From Callorhinchus milii (Eukaryota): a stretch of 64,000 nt of DNA. A program made the position numbers and the translations under genes. Location of the stretch: contig NW_024704742.1 of NCBI RefSeq assembly GCF_018977255.1, forward strand, positions 65,722,001-65,786,000, given 5' to 3'. Shown in pieces: positions 25,615 through 39,606 of the stretch. Below the pieces are notes generated by a model. The model was not told the DNA's origin and made no database searches. It saw nothing but the letters and a program-made list of their open reading frames with translations. Each line of letters begins with the position of its first letter. The stretch's first letter is position 1.

Positions 25615-28600
25615 GAATTCCCAACGCTGAGAAATCGTGGACCAAAACCAGCATGGTTCTCCTGGTTGCCACTGAACTGAGCTTAAATGATTGTATTTTC
25701 AGACGTTCTGAAATGTCACAGGAGACACCAATTTTTACAGATTGTGGGGTGTGAGCAGTGGTTCCTCCTATTTCCTGCCTTGGTGAGGTCATCTCGTCTT
25801 CTGTGATGTGTCCGAAGTCTTTAAATGATGGTCCAGACTTCCAGCGACTCAGCATGAAAACCCGATCTGTCAAAAGCATGTAGAACATTTGTTATGGTTA
25901 GCTGACAGGAATTACTGTGTGGTCACAACTTCGGAGTGGGTTTTTGTCTTATTCGAAATATGTGGGATGATCATTTCAAGCAGCTTAGATTTGGTTCACT
26001 TTCTTTTTTAAAACAAAAAAGAAAAGCGCTGGGTTTTAAACTGGAGAGCATTAGAAAGCCAGAGCTCTTCCTGGTACCTGGAGCCTTTCCCTCGAGATGT
26101 TATCAGTTTCATAAAGTATTGTTGCAAAGGCAGCAAGACTTACATTTTTCTATTTTTTGTACAGTTGTAAAGATTCTAGGTTTTTCTCTCTCTTTCTCTC
26201 GTATAGTGTAAGATGTAAAATAACAAATTAGATTTTCTATGGAGACTGTAATTAAGTGCAGTTTAAAGAATGCACAGCCATAAATAGTTTGGTTTTCTGT
26301 GTTTAGACAGCTGGTTGAACTGTCAGTGCTTAAGGGACAATAGTGCTTTTTACTGGACATACAGTACCAAGCACAATAAAGTTACATTGTAACTGGTGTC
26401 ATAGTTTATCAATCTACTGGTATCTGAATTTTATAATAAGCAACAATTTTTAAAATGCATAATCAGTAGTTTCATTAAAAACGTCTTTTCTGCAAGTATG
26501 GCCTGATTGTTCACCAATTTGTGACATGTTTCGGTGAAGCAGTGACACTTTGTTCGACTACCTTAGCTAGGTTGCTGAAGTACTTTTGAATCCAATTGTA
26601 ACTCTGTTGGAAGCTACACCTCTTGAGCTACTTGCCAGGTATGAAATCTCAACGAGAAGTCACTTCCTGAAAATTCGCGTCAATATTTTCTGTAACAATA
26701 ATGGTTTAATTTGGTGCTTTTTTGTTCAGTTAGTAAAACTACACCCAGGTAAATTTGTAACTTGTTGCAAACATAGATTTACTGAGAACAACTTGCATTT
26801 ATAGTGCCCTTCACGTGGGAGCGTTTCAGAGTGTTTAACAATGGTGTAGTTTGATGCAGAGGGAGGTGATTGTTGCACAATTAAACATATTAACTTGCTT
26901 CAATGCAAGTTCATTTTATAGGTTTAGATTCGATGTGACATTTCAAGCTGATTCTGTAAACATTTGCTCTTATGTGGTTTCTCCCCCCTCACACACAGTG
27001 CCATATATACATGGACAAATTTCTAAATGTGGCACACACTGCACTGAATATTTACTCAAAAGTGCCAGCTGTAAAAGGTACAATTCTCAGGAAGTCACTT
27101 CCATTCAATCCTGCAGGTTGTGACGTTTCAGTTCTGAACATAATAAAATGTATGGCTATTTTTAACATTTTGGTCATATTTTGGCTTCATTTAATGCAAA
27201 AAAAAATGAAACTTAAACCAGTTAAGTTATTTATTTAAATGAGTTGCCTTGGGTTTATTAATTCAAGTAGAATAGATGAGTCCATTCTGTAAAAGTTGGT
27301 TCTTGTTTATTGTGAAATGTCCACTTCCATAGCAGATCTACATAGAACTGATGCTCTTACCTAGTCAAAAACTACTTTCATTTAAGTTTCATCCAATAAT
27401 GTGCTGCATGGAGCTTCTTTCTTTCCAAGGGCAGTTCATACACAATTCTTTGAACTAGTTTTTCGTTATCTTTCTACCCCCTCTACCCCACACCCAACCC
27501 ACGTGGGTGCATAGCCAGCTGTGTAGAAGATGTACTCCCAATGTAAAAGGTGTTATAAATGTAAATCATCATTATATAATTCCTAGCTGATGTTAGGAAT
27601 TTGTGAATTAATGATCAGTGGGGGGGATGGAGAAAGGCGGGCTGCTAAAATCAAAATGTTTCACCTATGTTAGCAGTCGATCAGCAAATGAAGTTCCACA
27701 TGTGACAGAGGAATAACCTACCATGTATTTGTTAAGCATTCGATCATGTTGTCAACACTTCACAAGATTTACTGGAACACACTGCACTGTGACTTGTAGG
27801 CTTACTTAGCAGCCAATTTCTCTGCAGCAAAGTCCCACAAATAGCCAATTTTATTTGGTGGGGATTGTTGACCAAGATATGTGGCAAAATTCCCTTTTAA
27901 AATAGTGCTGCAAAATCTTGGTTTAACATTTCACTCCAAAGGACAGCAATTTCAAGAATTCCAGTGCAATCCATGGGAGTATCAACCAAGAAGATAAGCT
28001 CAGAATAGTCAAATGGGGCTTGAACCTACAAGTTGCTGATGTGCTAATGTAATCTGGGTAGGACTACAAAGGTATTACTGCCCTCGCCCCACCCTATAAT
28101 AGAATAATACTCTAGTGTCTCAAAGGATGATGTCACAAAATATACAATTTAATTTGATCTAATTAACTATAAATTTTACCTGAGATTGCATAAAAATCCG
28201 ATGCATCATGTATGATCCATCTTCATGCATTTGATTATAGCGCTTGATATGATGGTTGGAGACTCCATGTTTCTAAATAAGTTTATTGCTGCATTTGTTA
28301 TGAAATAAATCTTTTCAAAAAGCATTATAAATAGAGTACACACATTGGGTGCCTGTCTGACAGTACAGTGTTGTATTCAGACGAGGGTAGCTGGAGTTTG
28401 AATCCTTGTCTTGACTTGCTGTGCTCATGTAGAGCTTTCCTCAAAGAGGACTCTTGCCAATCTCGGCTGCATCACCTGTAAAAAACAAAAAGGGGCTCCA
28501 TTGGCACTCTTTGAAGTGGACCTCCTTCTGGATCAACTGAACAATATCCGTATGGGTGTCTTGAGCATTTGTGGGGATTGTTAGCTTTGCGTGGAGGGGG

Positions 28601-30573
28601 AGAAGAAGAAAAACAAAACAAAATTGATAAAATTGCAAAATACCATCCATGAATCCAGTCAGTTTTCCTAGAAATGAAACATTGACTGGGTTAAAGAAAA
28701 GATAATTTATCACAGTCTCATTCATGACATGTACCTCATATCATAACAACTCTAACCCATTGGAGTGCATTATCATTCCTTCATATTCTATCCATAAATG
28801 TGAATGTTGCTGGATAGCACTGTGCACTGGTGGCAGCGAGGATCAATGTGGCTCCTAGGTATCTCTACCTCTGTATCTTTGTTTGTTTACTTCTGGTCAA
28901 GCCAAACCCAAGTTCAGCAAATTCTTTTTGTAACACCCAATGCTGCAGAGAGGTAACCCACTTTTGGAACAAGAGTACTTCTTCAGATTTGAGCAACTAT
29001 CGACCCCACAGGTTATCGGTTTGGGGACAGGTCGCGGGATCCCTGGGAGTGGAGCAGAACAGCCAGGTGGAAAAGCAACAGTAATCCCCCCAAGGTTATT
29101 TGAATATCTGATCATGGGGTAATGGGTTCTCTTGGTCCGTTTCTCTCTCAGCGTCTTCACTTTAGCCTTGTTTGTTTTCGTCAGGCGCTCGATTGTTTGG
29201 TTTTTGCTTTCTTCCGCCTTCTTGGCTGCCTGGAGGCGTCTTTTCCGGGCGCGCTCTGCACGCTTAACCATCATCTCCTCGGTCATTTCCTTTGCTTTGT
29301 AGCCCATGGGCAGCTCCAGGAGGGGCTGGCTTTGCTGCTTGTTTAACAAAGCCCGCTATGAGAGAAGCAAATTGGAGTGGTTTTAGCATTTAGTTACAGC
29401 AAACGGACATTAATTTAACAGCAGATGAGTTTGAACACAACAAATTTAGACCTCCAAAGCTCTTGTACAAAGACATGCATCCTCTGCCCTACCATCAGTG
29501 CCGACACACGCCAGACAACCCATTCTCACTTCCAGACAACCCATTCTCACTTCCATGCCATTGCCATGCTCAGTAAGGGGCATGGAAATAACCCAGTGAA
29601 TAAATAATATGGGGCAAAGGTGGGTATTTGGAGTTGAGGTATAGATCAGCCATGATCTAAAAGAATGGCAGACCAGGCTCAAGGGGCTGAACGGCTACGT
29701 CGACCAAGCCCTCCTCCTCCACTGTCTCACCTTGCATGGTTCGAGTCCTGGGTCGAGTTAACCAACCGCCTGTCTCTGTGCAATATCATCTGCAGACAAT
29801 GGGGTAAAACTCCACATGTATGCGGATGACACACAAATCTACTTTGCCTCCTCCAGTACCAACTCCAGATCTGCTGATGTTCTATCAGCGTGTCTGGCAG
29901 ACATCAGAGCCTGGATGAGTGTTAACTTCCTGCAGCTGAATATGGACAAGATGGAAGCCATACTCTTTGGCTCCCTTCAACGTCTTCACACCTGTGGATC
30001 TAAACTGCTCAACCTCCCTGGTCTCTCCCTCAGACTCACCGAACCAGTGCGCAATCTAGGCCTCCGGTTCGACCCCCAACTGTCCTTTGTCCCTGACCAG
30101 GACTGCCTTCTTCCACCTCCGCCACATTGCCACCTCCGACTGTACCTAACCCCAAATGCAGCCGAAAACCTTGTGCGTGCGTTTGTCACCTCCCACCTGG
30201 ATTCTCAGACGCACTCCTCGCCGGTCTCCCCAGCTCCACCATTCACAAAATCCACCTCATTCAGAACTCTGCTGCCCTCATACTGACCCAGAACAAACTC
30301 TGTAACCACATCTCACCAAGTCTGGCCAGGCTCCACTGGCTCCTCATCACCAAACTGATCCTCACACTCACGTTCAAATACATTCACTCACTGGCACCCT
30401 CCTTCAAGTCCCGTCTGAAAACTTTCCTGTTTGACTGCTTACGGCCACCTCCCCCTCCCCCCGGCTCGGAGTCAGGCTCTGCTCCTGTTAAGCGCTCTGA
30501 GACACTACCCTGCATGGAGGGCGCTATATAAGTGCAAGTTCTTGTTGTTGTTCCTCTTTCAGGTGCTGACTGT
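18110..30573 (+). repeat. Segmental duplication copy B of 1-12421 (offset about 18.1 kb)
   Basis: Colinear near-identity by eye and duplicated ORF track; identity ends at gtgctgactgt (12421/30573). Confidence 0.97.
28897..29355 (-). pseudogene. INO80B: INO80B last exon, copy B (orphan; homology ends at 30573 before the next exon)
   Basis: Same translation as 10747-11205; no upstream INO80B exon recognised beyond 30573. Confidence 0.8.
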
Positions 30574-30965
30574 TTCTCTTTGACTGTGCCTTCAGCTCCT
30601 CTCTCGACTCTCTACCCTCTCCTCGCTCCTTCCCTCCCCTCACCCTGACCATGTCCCCCCTGCTCAGGTCCTGACCCAACTGTACAGCGCCTTGGGATGT
30701 CCTCCCGACGTGAAAGGTGCTCTATAAATGAAATCTTCTTGTGGTTGTATATTTGTGCACGAAACATGGCAGACAATTGCGCACAGCAGTGTCCCACAAA
30801 CAGTCGTAGATTGAATGATCAATTTTATTATTGTTTTTTTCTTGTGGAATTATTATCAGGCGTGTGGAGTAAGGAACCTTGCCCAAGGTTTCGCCCTGCT
30901 GGGAATCAAACTCACGTCTCTCGCTTGCAAAGCGAGTGCTCTAACCACTGAGCTATAGTACTCCA
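30573..30965. mobile_element. L2 tail (+, 30573-30745) abutting a tail-less tRNA-SINE (-, 30746-30965) at the duplication end
   Basis: L2 tail stem-loop, then reverse-complement SINE core and tRNA head. Confidence 0.8.
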
Positions 30966-33100
30966 TGACATTGTAATGATAACAATGTCATTATAATACT
31001 GTAATGAAGATAATAATAAACCATTACAAAGGTAACACCAATTTTTTAAAAAAATGTGATTTATATCAGTTTCTTTTAGTGAAAAACTTGAATTTTCTCC
31101 AGTTAGGCCCCAAATTCCCCATATCTTGCTCCTTGACCAGCTCGGTTACGATCACCCTATTTGGGTTATGACTTGCCATTCGAGCACTGTCTGATATTTA
31201 ATGATAAAGGTATTATTATCAGATACAAGGGATTTTATTCTCCCCGGTGAGTCTCTGCCTTTCTCCTAGCTTTTGAACTAAAAGTGATGCTGCTGTTAAA
31301 GAACAGAAGAAAGAAAAAACAAAAGTCTGACTGAGACATAGAATTAGGGGCAGTCTGGACATGAGGACAAATATCCTTTTTCATCTGCCAGAAATAAATC
31401 ATCCCAGATAAACTAAACTTCATCAGTAATGGTGGTGGGGGGAGGGGCAATCATTTTAAACGCGGACTTTATAGGATGTGTGAAAAAGAAGATATCCTTT
31501 GCGGAGTTGATAATAATAATAATCCTTACATTTGATACAGCACCTTTCTTGTCAAAAGGACGTCTTCGAGATGTATTGCAAAGTGGAGTGGCTGGAGGAT
31601 ATAGACTAGTATTTGTCATAAACACGGCATCCAATGTCCCACAAATAGCCATGAAATAAATGACCAATTTTATTTAGAATCATAGAGGCTATTTAAGAGG
31701 AAAGTTGATGTATAACAACAACAAATTACATTTGTATAGCACCTTTCATGTTCAGAGGATGTCCCAATGCATGAAGGAGAAGGGAATAGAGGGCATTAGG
31801 AGGGGTGGCAGCCTGTGTCGAGTAGTTGAGCTGAATAGCCCATAACCTTCCATTTAATTCTATTGAACGAACACTTTTCAATCAATAAGCGGCATTTAAA
31901 GTGAAATTTGCAGCAGCTCATTTGGTTGACTGCTGTGGAAGGAGGAAAGAGAAACGTGCAGTAAGATCATGAGAGGTTTGAATGTAAAAGAAACTTCAAC
32001 CCATCTGATCTCTTTCCCATGACAGTATCCAGCTGTTTCTCAAAAAAAATTCCCCTCAAATAGCCCCGGCCTCAACAACAATCACCTTTCCTGCAAACCA
32101 GTTCTCCTACTGCTAACTTGCTCCATCCTCTGTGCAAAGAAAGGCTTCCTGGTGTGCAAAATATGCAACAATATCTTTTTAACATGACTTCATACTTGAT
32201 AATATGCAACCCCGTGATCAAAACTTGTATGAGTCAAGTTGTGCTCAATAGACAGGGTTGTGTGTGTATTCAATCTATCCTGGAGTTTTGTAAATTGGAA
32301 TGTGTTTTCGATGAGACTTATCTTTGAGAACGAGCATTCACCTTCACAGACTGTTTCTGACAGTTAAGTTCTGTCAAGTGACTCTGTTTAATACACTTCA
32401 GCATTTCTCGCAGTTTTCTCATACTTCATACAAAGAGAGAGAGAAAACTAAGCCCAGTCCCTTTACATTCTGCCACATTTCTTTTGATCACAAAATACGA
32501 CACCCTTAATATCTGTCAGATACTTTGACATCTTAAAAAAATAGCGCTCAGTGGAGTTTGGCTACAGTTTTATACAGTACACGTGTCACCTTTCCGCACA
32601 AATAGCAGTTTAATAATAATAATCCTTTCACTTAATACAGCGCCTTATCATGTCTTTGAGCTGCCTTGAAGCTCTTCACCGAACATCCTGTAAAGCGCCG
32701 CAACATCATTCCGTGCTATTTAAAGAGATAAAGTTGTATTTTTAAAAAAACAAAAGCGAGGAGTTTTCTGGGTGCGCTCTGGGCAGGATGTGCAAACGTC
32801 CCACCCCCACCCCCACCCCAAAAAAAAAGACACAAATAAATTCCACCTTCAAACTGGAACAAAAGCCCCAAAAAAGGGCGTCTGTGGGTTTGGAAATTCG
32901 TCACATGATTGGGATCATATGATAGACCGGGACTGGTGTGAGAGGGGCTGGTCCAGGCTGCACAGTGAGAGGCAGAGAGGGTTTGCAAAGGCTCAGACAC
33001 ACACACACACACACAGGAGAGAGTGTGAGTGGAGCTACAGCTGCAGAGTGGGAGCCGCCCTGACACTCACTCACTCACTCACTCACTCACTCGCAGCAAC

Positions 33101-33155
33101 ATGAGAGATCGCAGACAGATCCCGAGCTGTGTCCTGGTCGCTGTCTCCTTTGCAG
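33101..33155 (+). CDS. Cys-rich type I membrane protein, exon 1 (signal peptide start)
   Basis: gcaacATG, MRDRRQIPSCVLVAVSFA(G), donor CAG/gtgag; phase 1 joins 45312 to give signal peptide ...SFAGLVVG-Q. Confidence 0.75.
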
Positions 33156-33232
33156 GTGAGAGGGCAACTTGGAAAGTTTTGCTTTTTCCTTTGGGTTTGC
33201 AGTTGCTGCTTTTGCTGTGCACATGTGCCCAC

Positions 33233-33478
33233 TGCCTGCCAGCCCTGCCAGCCCTGCCAGCCTTGCCAGCCAACCTTGCCAGCCTGCCAGCCCTGCCAGC
33301 CAACCTGCCAGCCCTGCCAGCCAACCTGCCAGCCCTGCCAGCCCTGCCAGCCAACCTGCCAGCCCTGCCAGCCCTGCCAGCCAACCTTGCCAGCCCTGCT
33401 AGCCAACCTGCCAGCCCTGCCAGCCAACCTGCCAGCCTTGCCAGCCAACCTGCCAGCCCTGCCAGCCCTGCCAGCCTG
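33233..33478 (+). repeat. 9/12-bp minisatellite (ctgccagcc / ctgccagccaac) in intron 1
   Basis: Direct tandem units; unit lengths are multiples of 3, which explains the overlapping ORFs in several frames. Confidence 0.95.
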
Positions 33479-35589
33479 GCATCAGGTGCCCTGACCACAC
33501 CTGACAGCACTGAAGCCAAAGTCAGTCTTTGAAATGTAATCGACATGTGTTTATCTCAGAGGGAAAGAGGACCTTGTACTGGTGTTTAGGGCAATGCTAC
33601 TTTCTTTTTCTCTCTCTCTCTCTCTCTCTCCCTTTCTCTCTGTTTTCAAGATGTTTTCTACGCTCAGTGTACGAAAAGTAATTTGGTCACTCAATCCACC
33701 GGTGTTTGTGGGACGCCGCTGTGCGCAATTGGCCTATTGTGTTTCGTCCACGAAATGCGCAGTCACAACGCTTTACGGTGCATTCCGTGAAGCGCTTTGA
33801 GACGTCTCAAATACGTGACAAGGCGCCGTATCAAATAAAAAGATTCTTAGTATTCGTGTTTTGGAGAACCCTCTTGGCGGGTAATAAACGTGCTGATTTT
33901 ACAGGCGAAATAATAAAATAATAATCCTTCCGTTTTCGTACAGTGCCTTATCACGTTGTTGAGACGTCTCAAAGCGCTTCACAAGATTTAATGTAAAGTG
34001 GATTGACTGTGAATATTGTGGGCGAAATGTGGCGCCAATTGTTTAATTAAATGACTGTCATCCAGGGATAGATGGTCAGTGAACAGAACAGAGAGAGAGA
34101 GAGATTTCTTCTGCTGATTTCTTCTGCACAAACTATATTGTAAAGTGGAGACTGTGTATTTTTGTCAGTGAAACACAGCATCTAATTGTGCATAGTAGTG
34201 CCCCGACCGGGACTTAACAACTGGCTTCCTACTTACTGCTAAGTACACAGAGGTTCAAGGTGCAAGGGGGCAAGTTGATGTTGGTAAGAGTCAAAGTCAA
34301 GGTATCTTGGGGGAATATCCACTGTGTGGTTTATCTTCTTGGAATTGTTTATCTTTTAAGAATCTTTAAGAGAGAAGTAGATAATTCTTTGGGGAGGACA
34401 AGTTTGCAGGGCTATGGGGAGAGAGCGGGGAAGTGGGATTGATTTGGATACCTCTGTTCAAAGAGCCGGCACGGACACGATGGGCCGAATGGCCTCCTTC
34501 TCTGCTGTATAATTCTATGATTTTAGCTTAATTGGTGCACTGCAATAATGTCCCTTGTCTTGGCTCCTCATCCAGGTTCTCAATAATTATAATAGTTAAC
34601 ATTTTCTTCTAACTAAAAACTGTCCTCTATGGTCTTAAATGTAACTGCATCAGATGATATTATAAATACACAGGCATAAATTTCTGAAATGCACAATGGA
34701 AATTAATAAAAGTAAGTAATAAAATGAATTGCTAAAAATAATTAAGAATAAAGTAATAATTGATCCTTGCATTTTATATCCACGCAGCTGTGGGTTTCGC
34801 CTACAGTCAATGCACTTTACAACTGCTTTGAGAAGTCTCAACAAGATTATATGCCACAATATCAAATACAAGGATTCTTCTTATCATTATATTACCTGAA
34901 AACCTGTGAACTAGATATTGTAGTTTGGGTTCTGCATTACTGACCTGCTGACTCCATATCGACCTCTCTGCTCAGCAGGCTTCGGACTGCTCCATGTCCC
35001 ATGATCTTGGTTGTTTGTGGGACTTGGCCACGTGCAAAGTAGCTATCACATTTGCCTACACAAAAAAAAGTCACTACACTTAACGACCATACCGACTTAT
35101 CCGTCCTGCTCAGTGGACTCTGGCCCGCTCCACATCCCCCATCCCACAGTATCTTTGTCTTGCTCCCTCCCTTATCTCCTTCAAGTCTCAAGACCCTCCT
35201 CTTTGACCATGCCTTCGGCCACCCTCCAACACCTACCCTTCCTGCTCCCCAACCCTCCTGATGCCAACCCCCAGCTCGGATCCAAATCCCTGACTGTCCA
35301 GCGCCTTGGGACTCCCTCCCGATGTGAAAGGCGCTATACACATGTAATTTGTTGTTGTTGTTGACAGAGAGCCATAAAAGACTGAGTGAATTCCTTCTCT
35401 GCTCGGGGAGTGGTGAATGAGGAATGTTGTTTACAAACCGGGTTTCTCAGATTCCTACCATAAAGGTGGAGGTATTCTAGTTAACTGCAGTGCTGCTTCT
35501 GAAAAGTCAGTTGGATTGAGAGATATACATTCCCACTGTAAGGGTGGCATTGTTACAGAATTCAGATATAGCTTTAACAAAATATTAAG

Positions 35590-35970
35590 AGTTGTGGGTT
35601 CAAGCCACTCATTGGGACTGCAGGCTGACACTCCAGTGCAGTGCTGGATTTTTCTCTTTCTCTTTGACCGAGCCTTCAGCTCCCCTCTCGACTCTCTTCC
35701 CCTCCTCGCTCCCTCCCTTCCCTCCCCTCACCCTGACCATTTCCCCCCTGCTCGGGTCCTGACCCAACTGTGCAGCGCCTTGGGACGTCCTCCTGACGTG
35801 AAAGGCGCTTTATAAATGGAATCTTGTTGTTGTTGTTGTGGATGTTATCTGCATTGTTCGAGGTGCCGCCCTTCAAATGAAGCAGTAACACCGAGTTCCT
35901 GTCTGCCTGTTCAGATGGGCATTAAAGATCCCATGGCATTACATCCACGGGAGTTTCTCTCAGTGTCCTG
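35590..35970 (+). mobile_element. Deu-domain SINE (SacSINE1/AmnSINE1-like) interrupted by an L2 tail at about 35650-35838
   Basis: gggttcaagcc...actccagtgcagtgctg and gaggtgccg...accgag...ctgcctgttcag motifs; related copies near 40110-40440 and 53500-53760. Confidence 0.65.
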
Positions 35971-37648
35971 ATCAGCAGTACCCCACTGCCCCCCCACCAC
36001 TCTCCCAACCCTTCGTCATCAAGATAAAATTGCTCATTCACTTCATGGCTGTTTGTGGGACATTGCGGTATACAAATTGGCTGCTGTGGTTGTCGACAAA
36101 TCCACAATCGCTGTACAGTAAATCCTGTGAAGTACTTGAGACATCCTCCCACCGTGAAAGGTGCTATAGTATACAAAATGATACTTGCGTTTGGTATAGT
36201 GCCTTTCACCTTGAGAGGCTTATTCCTTCAAATCCCTACCTCTGCCCTGGATAAATTGCTGTCACTTAGTTCCTTTCCTTTTTGATTTTTTATTGGAACA
36301 TCCAATACGCTTGAAATCTTCAGGAATATCTGATACTGAGGATGGGACATCCTCTTTCCTGACCTCCTCCTTCCCCATTGCGATGTGTTCCTGCAAAAGC
36401 AAGTCGCTGTTATCATAGAATCTTGCAGCACAGAAGGAGGCCATTCAGCCCATCGTGCCTATGCCCACCCTTTGAAAGAGCTATCCAACTATTCCCACTC
36501 CTCTGCTCTTATGCCATAAATCCCCCTGTTGACAGTAAAATCCCGCTCTGAGAAAGTTCCTCCAAGTGATTGACAGTAACAGAATTGATGGTAACAAAAT
36601 TAACTAATTAAAGTGCAGATGTTCTATTCCAAACTGAAACAGTCCTTTCATCGACTAAAATGGTGTGTCTCGTTCTCAATGGGCTGTTGATTTTCGAATG
36701 AGATCGTGTTCCAATACGTCCACATGTGAATAATGCTCCTAGTCACCTATTTCTAATAAAAACATTTTTCTCTTGCTCTGGGTAACTTGGAATAGTCTCC
36801 TGACTATTTGTGATGTGAAACTTGGGATGAAAAGGCTTTGTATCAAGAAGGCACTTGATTCCTATAGCTGTCCTGATTCCATATGTATGTAGCTATCCTC
36901 CGGGTAAACAGATTACAAAATCAGATTTCCGTATATGAAAGCAGTTCCTTGCATGTTTTGAGATTGGATTACGATCATGTTGAGCACCCTGTTGGGTTGG
37001 GTAGTGATGTTGTCTGCAGAGCTCAGTCCAAGTGTAGTGTTGACCTGATGATCATTATGGTTTCTCTGCATCAGTGTCCACTGGTGATCTTCTGACGTGT
37101 CTTGCCAACCTTTGGAACACTAGCTCTTTACATTGATTGTCATCTTGGAAATCTTCAACTGCTTTGATTGAGTCCGACACAAGCAACTTCTACAGCACCT
37201 CATTACTCACCAGCACTTCATTCACTTCATGGCTGTTTGAGGGACGCTGTTGTGTGTGAATTGGCTGCCGTGTCTACATTCATTGCCTTCTCCAGATCTT
37301 GCTCACTAATCGTCATCTTTTTTCCCTTAAATGATCAAATACATTTTTCTGAGTTGCTTGTGTTTTTTCCTGTGATTCTCTCTTCGGGCTTGAGTCTATA
37401 TCTAATTTCGCAGTATATAAAATATACATTGGAAACATCTAATTCTTTTTTACATTGGTTCCTAGAAACTACCCCCATCCCTGAGTGGATCAAATTCAAG
37501 ATCTTGAATTTGATCCTTGTCCTCTTTGAAATGCCCCCACACCCTCGCCCACTGTCCAATCTGCTTCCTCTGTTCAGCTGATACTGGTCTGCTTCACTAT
37601 CGCTTCTGTCCCTGTCTGCAAAACTTGTATGAGAAACAATATTTTCTA

Positions 37649-37978
37649 CAGGGTGTACATAAAGTCCTCTTATCCCCCCGTTACAAAGAGTGATATGAGA
37701 ATACGGAGGAGCTGAAACAAGCTGTCAGAGATGCATTTCGTCTCCTCACACCATGTTACAGAAGATGTCACACTGAAATCGGCAACAGATCATTATCTGC
37801 CATGAAAATGTGGCGGTCACTCACTCATTCTCTGGACATCTAAATACAGTTAAACACTTGTGCTGAATACAATAAAATGCTTCTAAATACAATTATCATC
37901 ATTCTTCCACATGCTCCAGTTGTTGGTCAGTGACTGTAGAAAAAAATGTGGGGCGAACAGGAATTTGTGGACACCCTG
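37649..37978 (-). mobile_element. Complete non-autonomous Tc1/mariner-type MITE
   Basis: TA|CAGGGTG...CACCCTG|TA with imperfect TIRs of about 28 bp. Confidence 0.8.
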
Positions 37979-38679
37979 TACATTTCCTCCATCCCTCAAG
38001 CTCCTCTCCCAGCTCAGTCACTTTGAGATCTCCTGATGCGAAAGGGCTATTTAAATGTAAATCCTTGTTTAACTTTCATTGTAGTTTCATAACAGCCAGG
38101 TGAAGTCTATAATCTCACACATAGCAATATGCTGCTATTTTCCTTAACATTAAGCACTCAGAGATCTTATCTTATGTGAAGGGCGTTAAATAAACACATT
38201 TTGTGTTCATAACTATTTTGGATAATAGTTGAGGTTGTACATAGCTATGATTCAAACTGCCTGACTAGTGATCGTTATTTATCTTGTCTGCATCTGCTTC
38301 CAGTCATTCACCATTGACTAAAAACCACCAATGTTGATTGCCACAACTTCTCTATTTACCTTGGCAGTTTGATGACATTGGACTTAAACAGGTGGTGAAC
38401 TTCCTCTTGTTGCTATATATCAGGTTTTTTGCTGCCGAGGACTTACACTGGGACTTTTCCAGTAAACAGCTCATTGTCAGAGTTTGGGTGTTGGCATTTA
38501 ATGGTAAGAGGACTATATTTTGCTCAAACTTCTCTACAACGCATACGTGAGGAAGGGGGGAGAGAAAGAACATGAAAGAAACTGGGTGCAGATAAAAAAT
38601 AGCTGGTTATTTTATTCTGTATTAAATTGAACAAGCTTTCAGGTTATTGGGCAATTGAGCTAAAATAAAATGCAGATGA

Positions 38680-39606
38680 GAATTTGATACAGTGCCTTAT
38701 CATGCCTTTGAGACGTCTCAAAGCATTTCACAGAACACACTGTAAAGTGAATTGACTGTTTATTTTTTGGGCAAAAGGTGGTTGCCAATTGTGCACAGCA
38801 GTGTCCCACAAACAGTCGGGAATTGAAGTTACCGATTTTTTTTTCTAAGGAGTTATTACCCCTGGAAAAGCGATCCGCCAAACAACTAACAAGCGGGTTC
38901 CTACTTACTGCTAGGAGGAATGTGGAGTAAGGAAACTTACCCAACATTTTGCCCTGCTGGGAATCAAACCCAGGTCTCTCGCTTGTGAGGTTAGTGCTCC
39001 AACTGCTGAGCTACAGGACTATAATAATAATAATCCTTGCATTTGAAATAGCATCTTTCACATCTCAATGAGCTTCATCAGATTTACTGCAAAGTACAGC
39101 AGCCAGTTTGTGCACAGTGTAAGATGATCTGCACCTTGTCTTCTGTGTCTTTAAGTTTGCAATTAACTTGATTTGTTAGACGAGGCGATGTGGTTGCCGA
39201 TTCACTGAGATCCAATATGGCATTGTGACAGGCAGCTGAGTAAAGGGCCCACCATAAAAATAATAGTAATCCTTGCATTCGTTGAGACGTCTCGAAGCGC
39301 TTCACAGAATATATTTTAAAGTGAATTGACTGTATATTTTGTGGATGAAACGTGGCAGCTGATTGCGCACAGCAGTGTCCTACAAACAGTTGTGAATTAA
39401 GTGACCAAATTATTATTTTTGTGGGGGAGGGATTATTACCCTCGGAAAGTGATCTACCGACTAACACGCATGTTCCTACTTACTGCTGGATAAACAAAGG
39501 CGTTTGGAGTAAGGAAACTTGCCTAACGTTTCACACCACCCGGGATTTGAACTTGGGTCTTCTCATTTGTGAGGCGAGTGCTCTAACCACTATGCTATGG
39601 GACTCC
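38680..39606 (-). mobile_element. Two near full-length tRNA-SINEs (about 38680-39020 and 39263-39606)
   Basis: Reverse complements of the 14194 element. Confidence 0.8.

Noticed and set aside
33079..33546. Overlapping ORFs (QPCQP, LAGRAG, GWQ repeats)
   Set aside because: Stop-free 9/12-bp minisatellite located downstream of a strong splice donor
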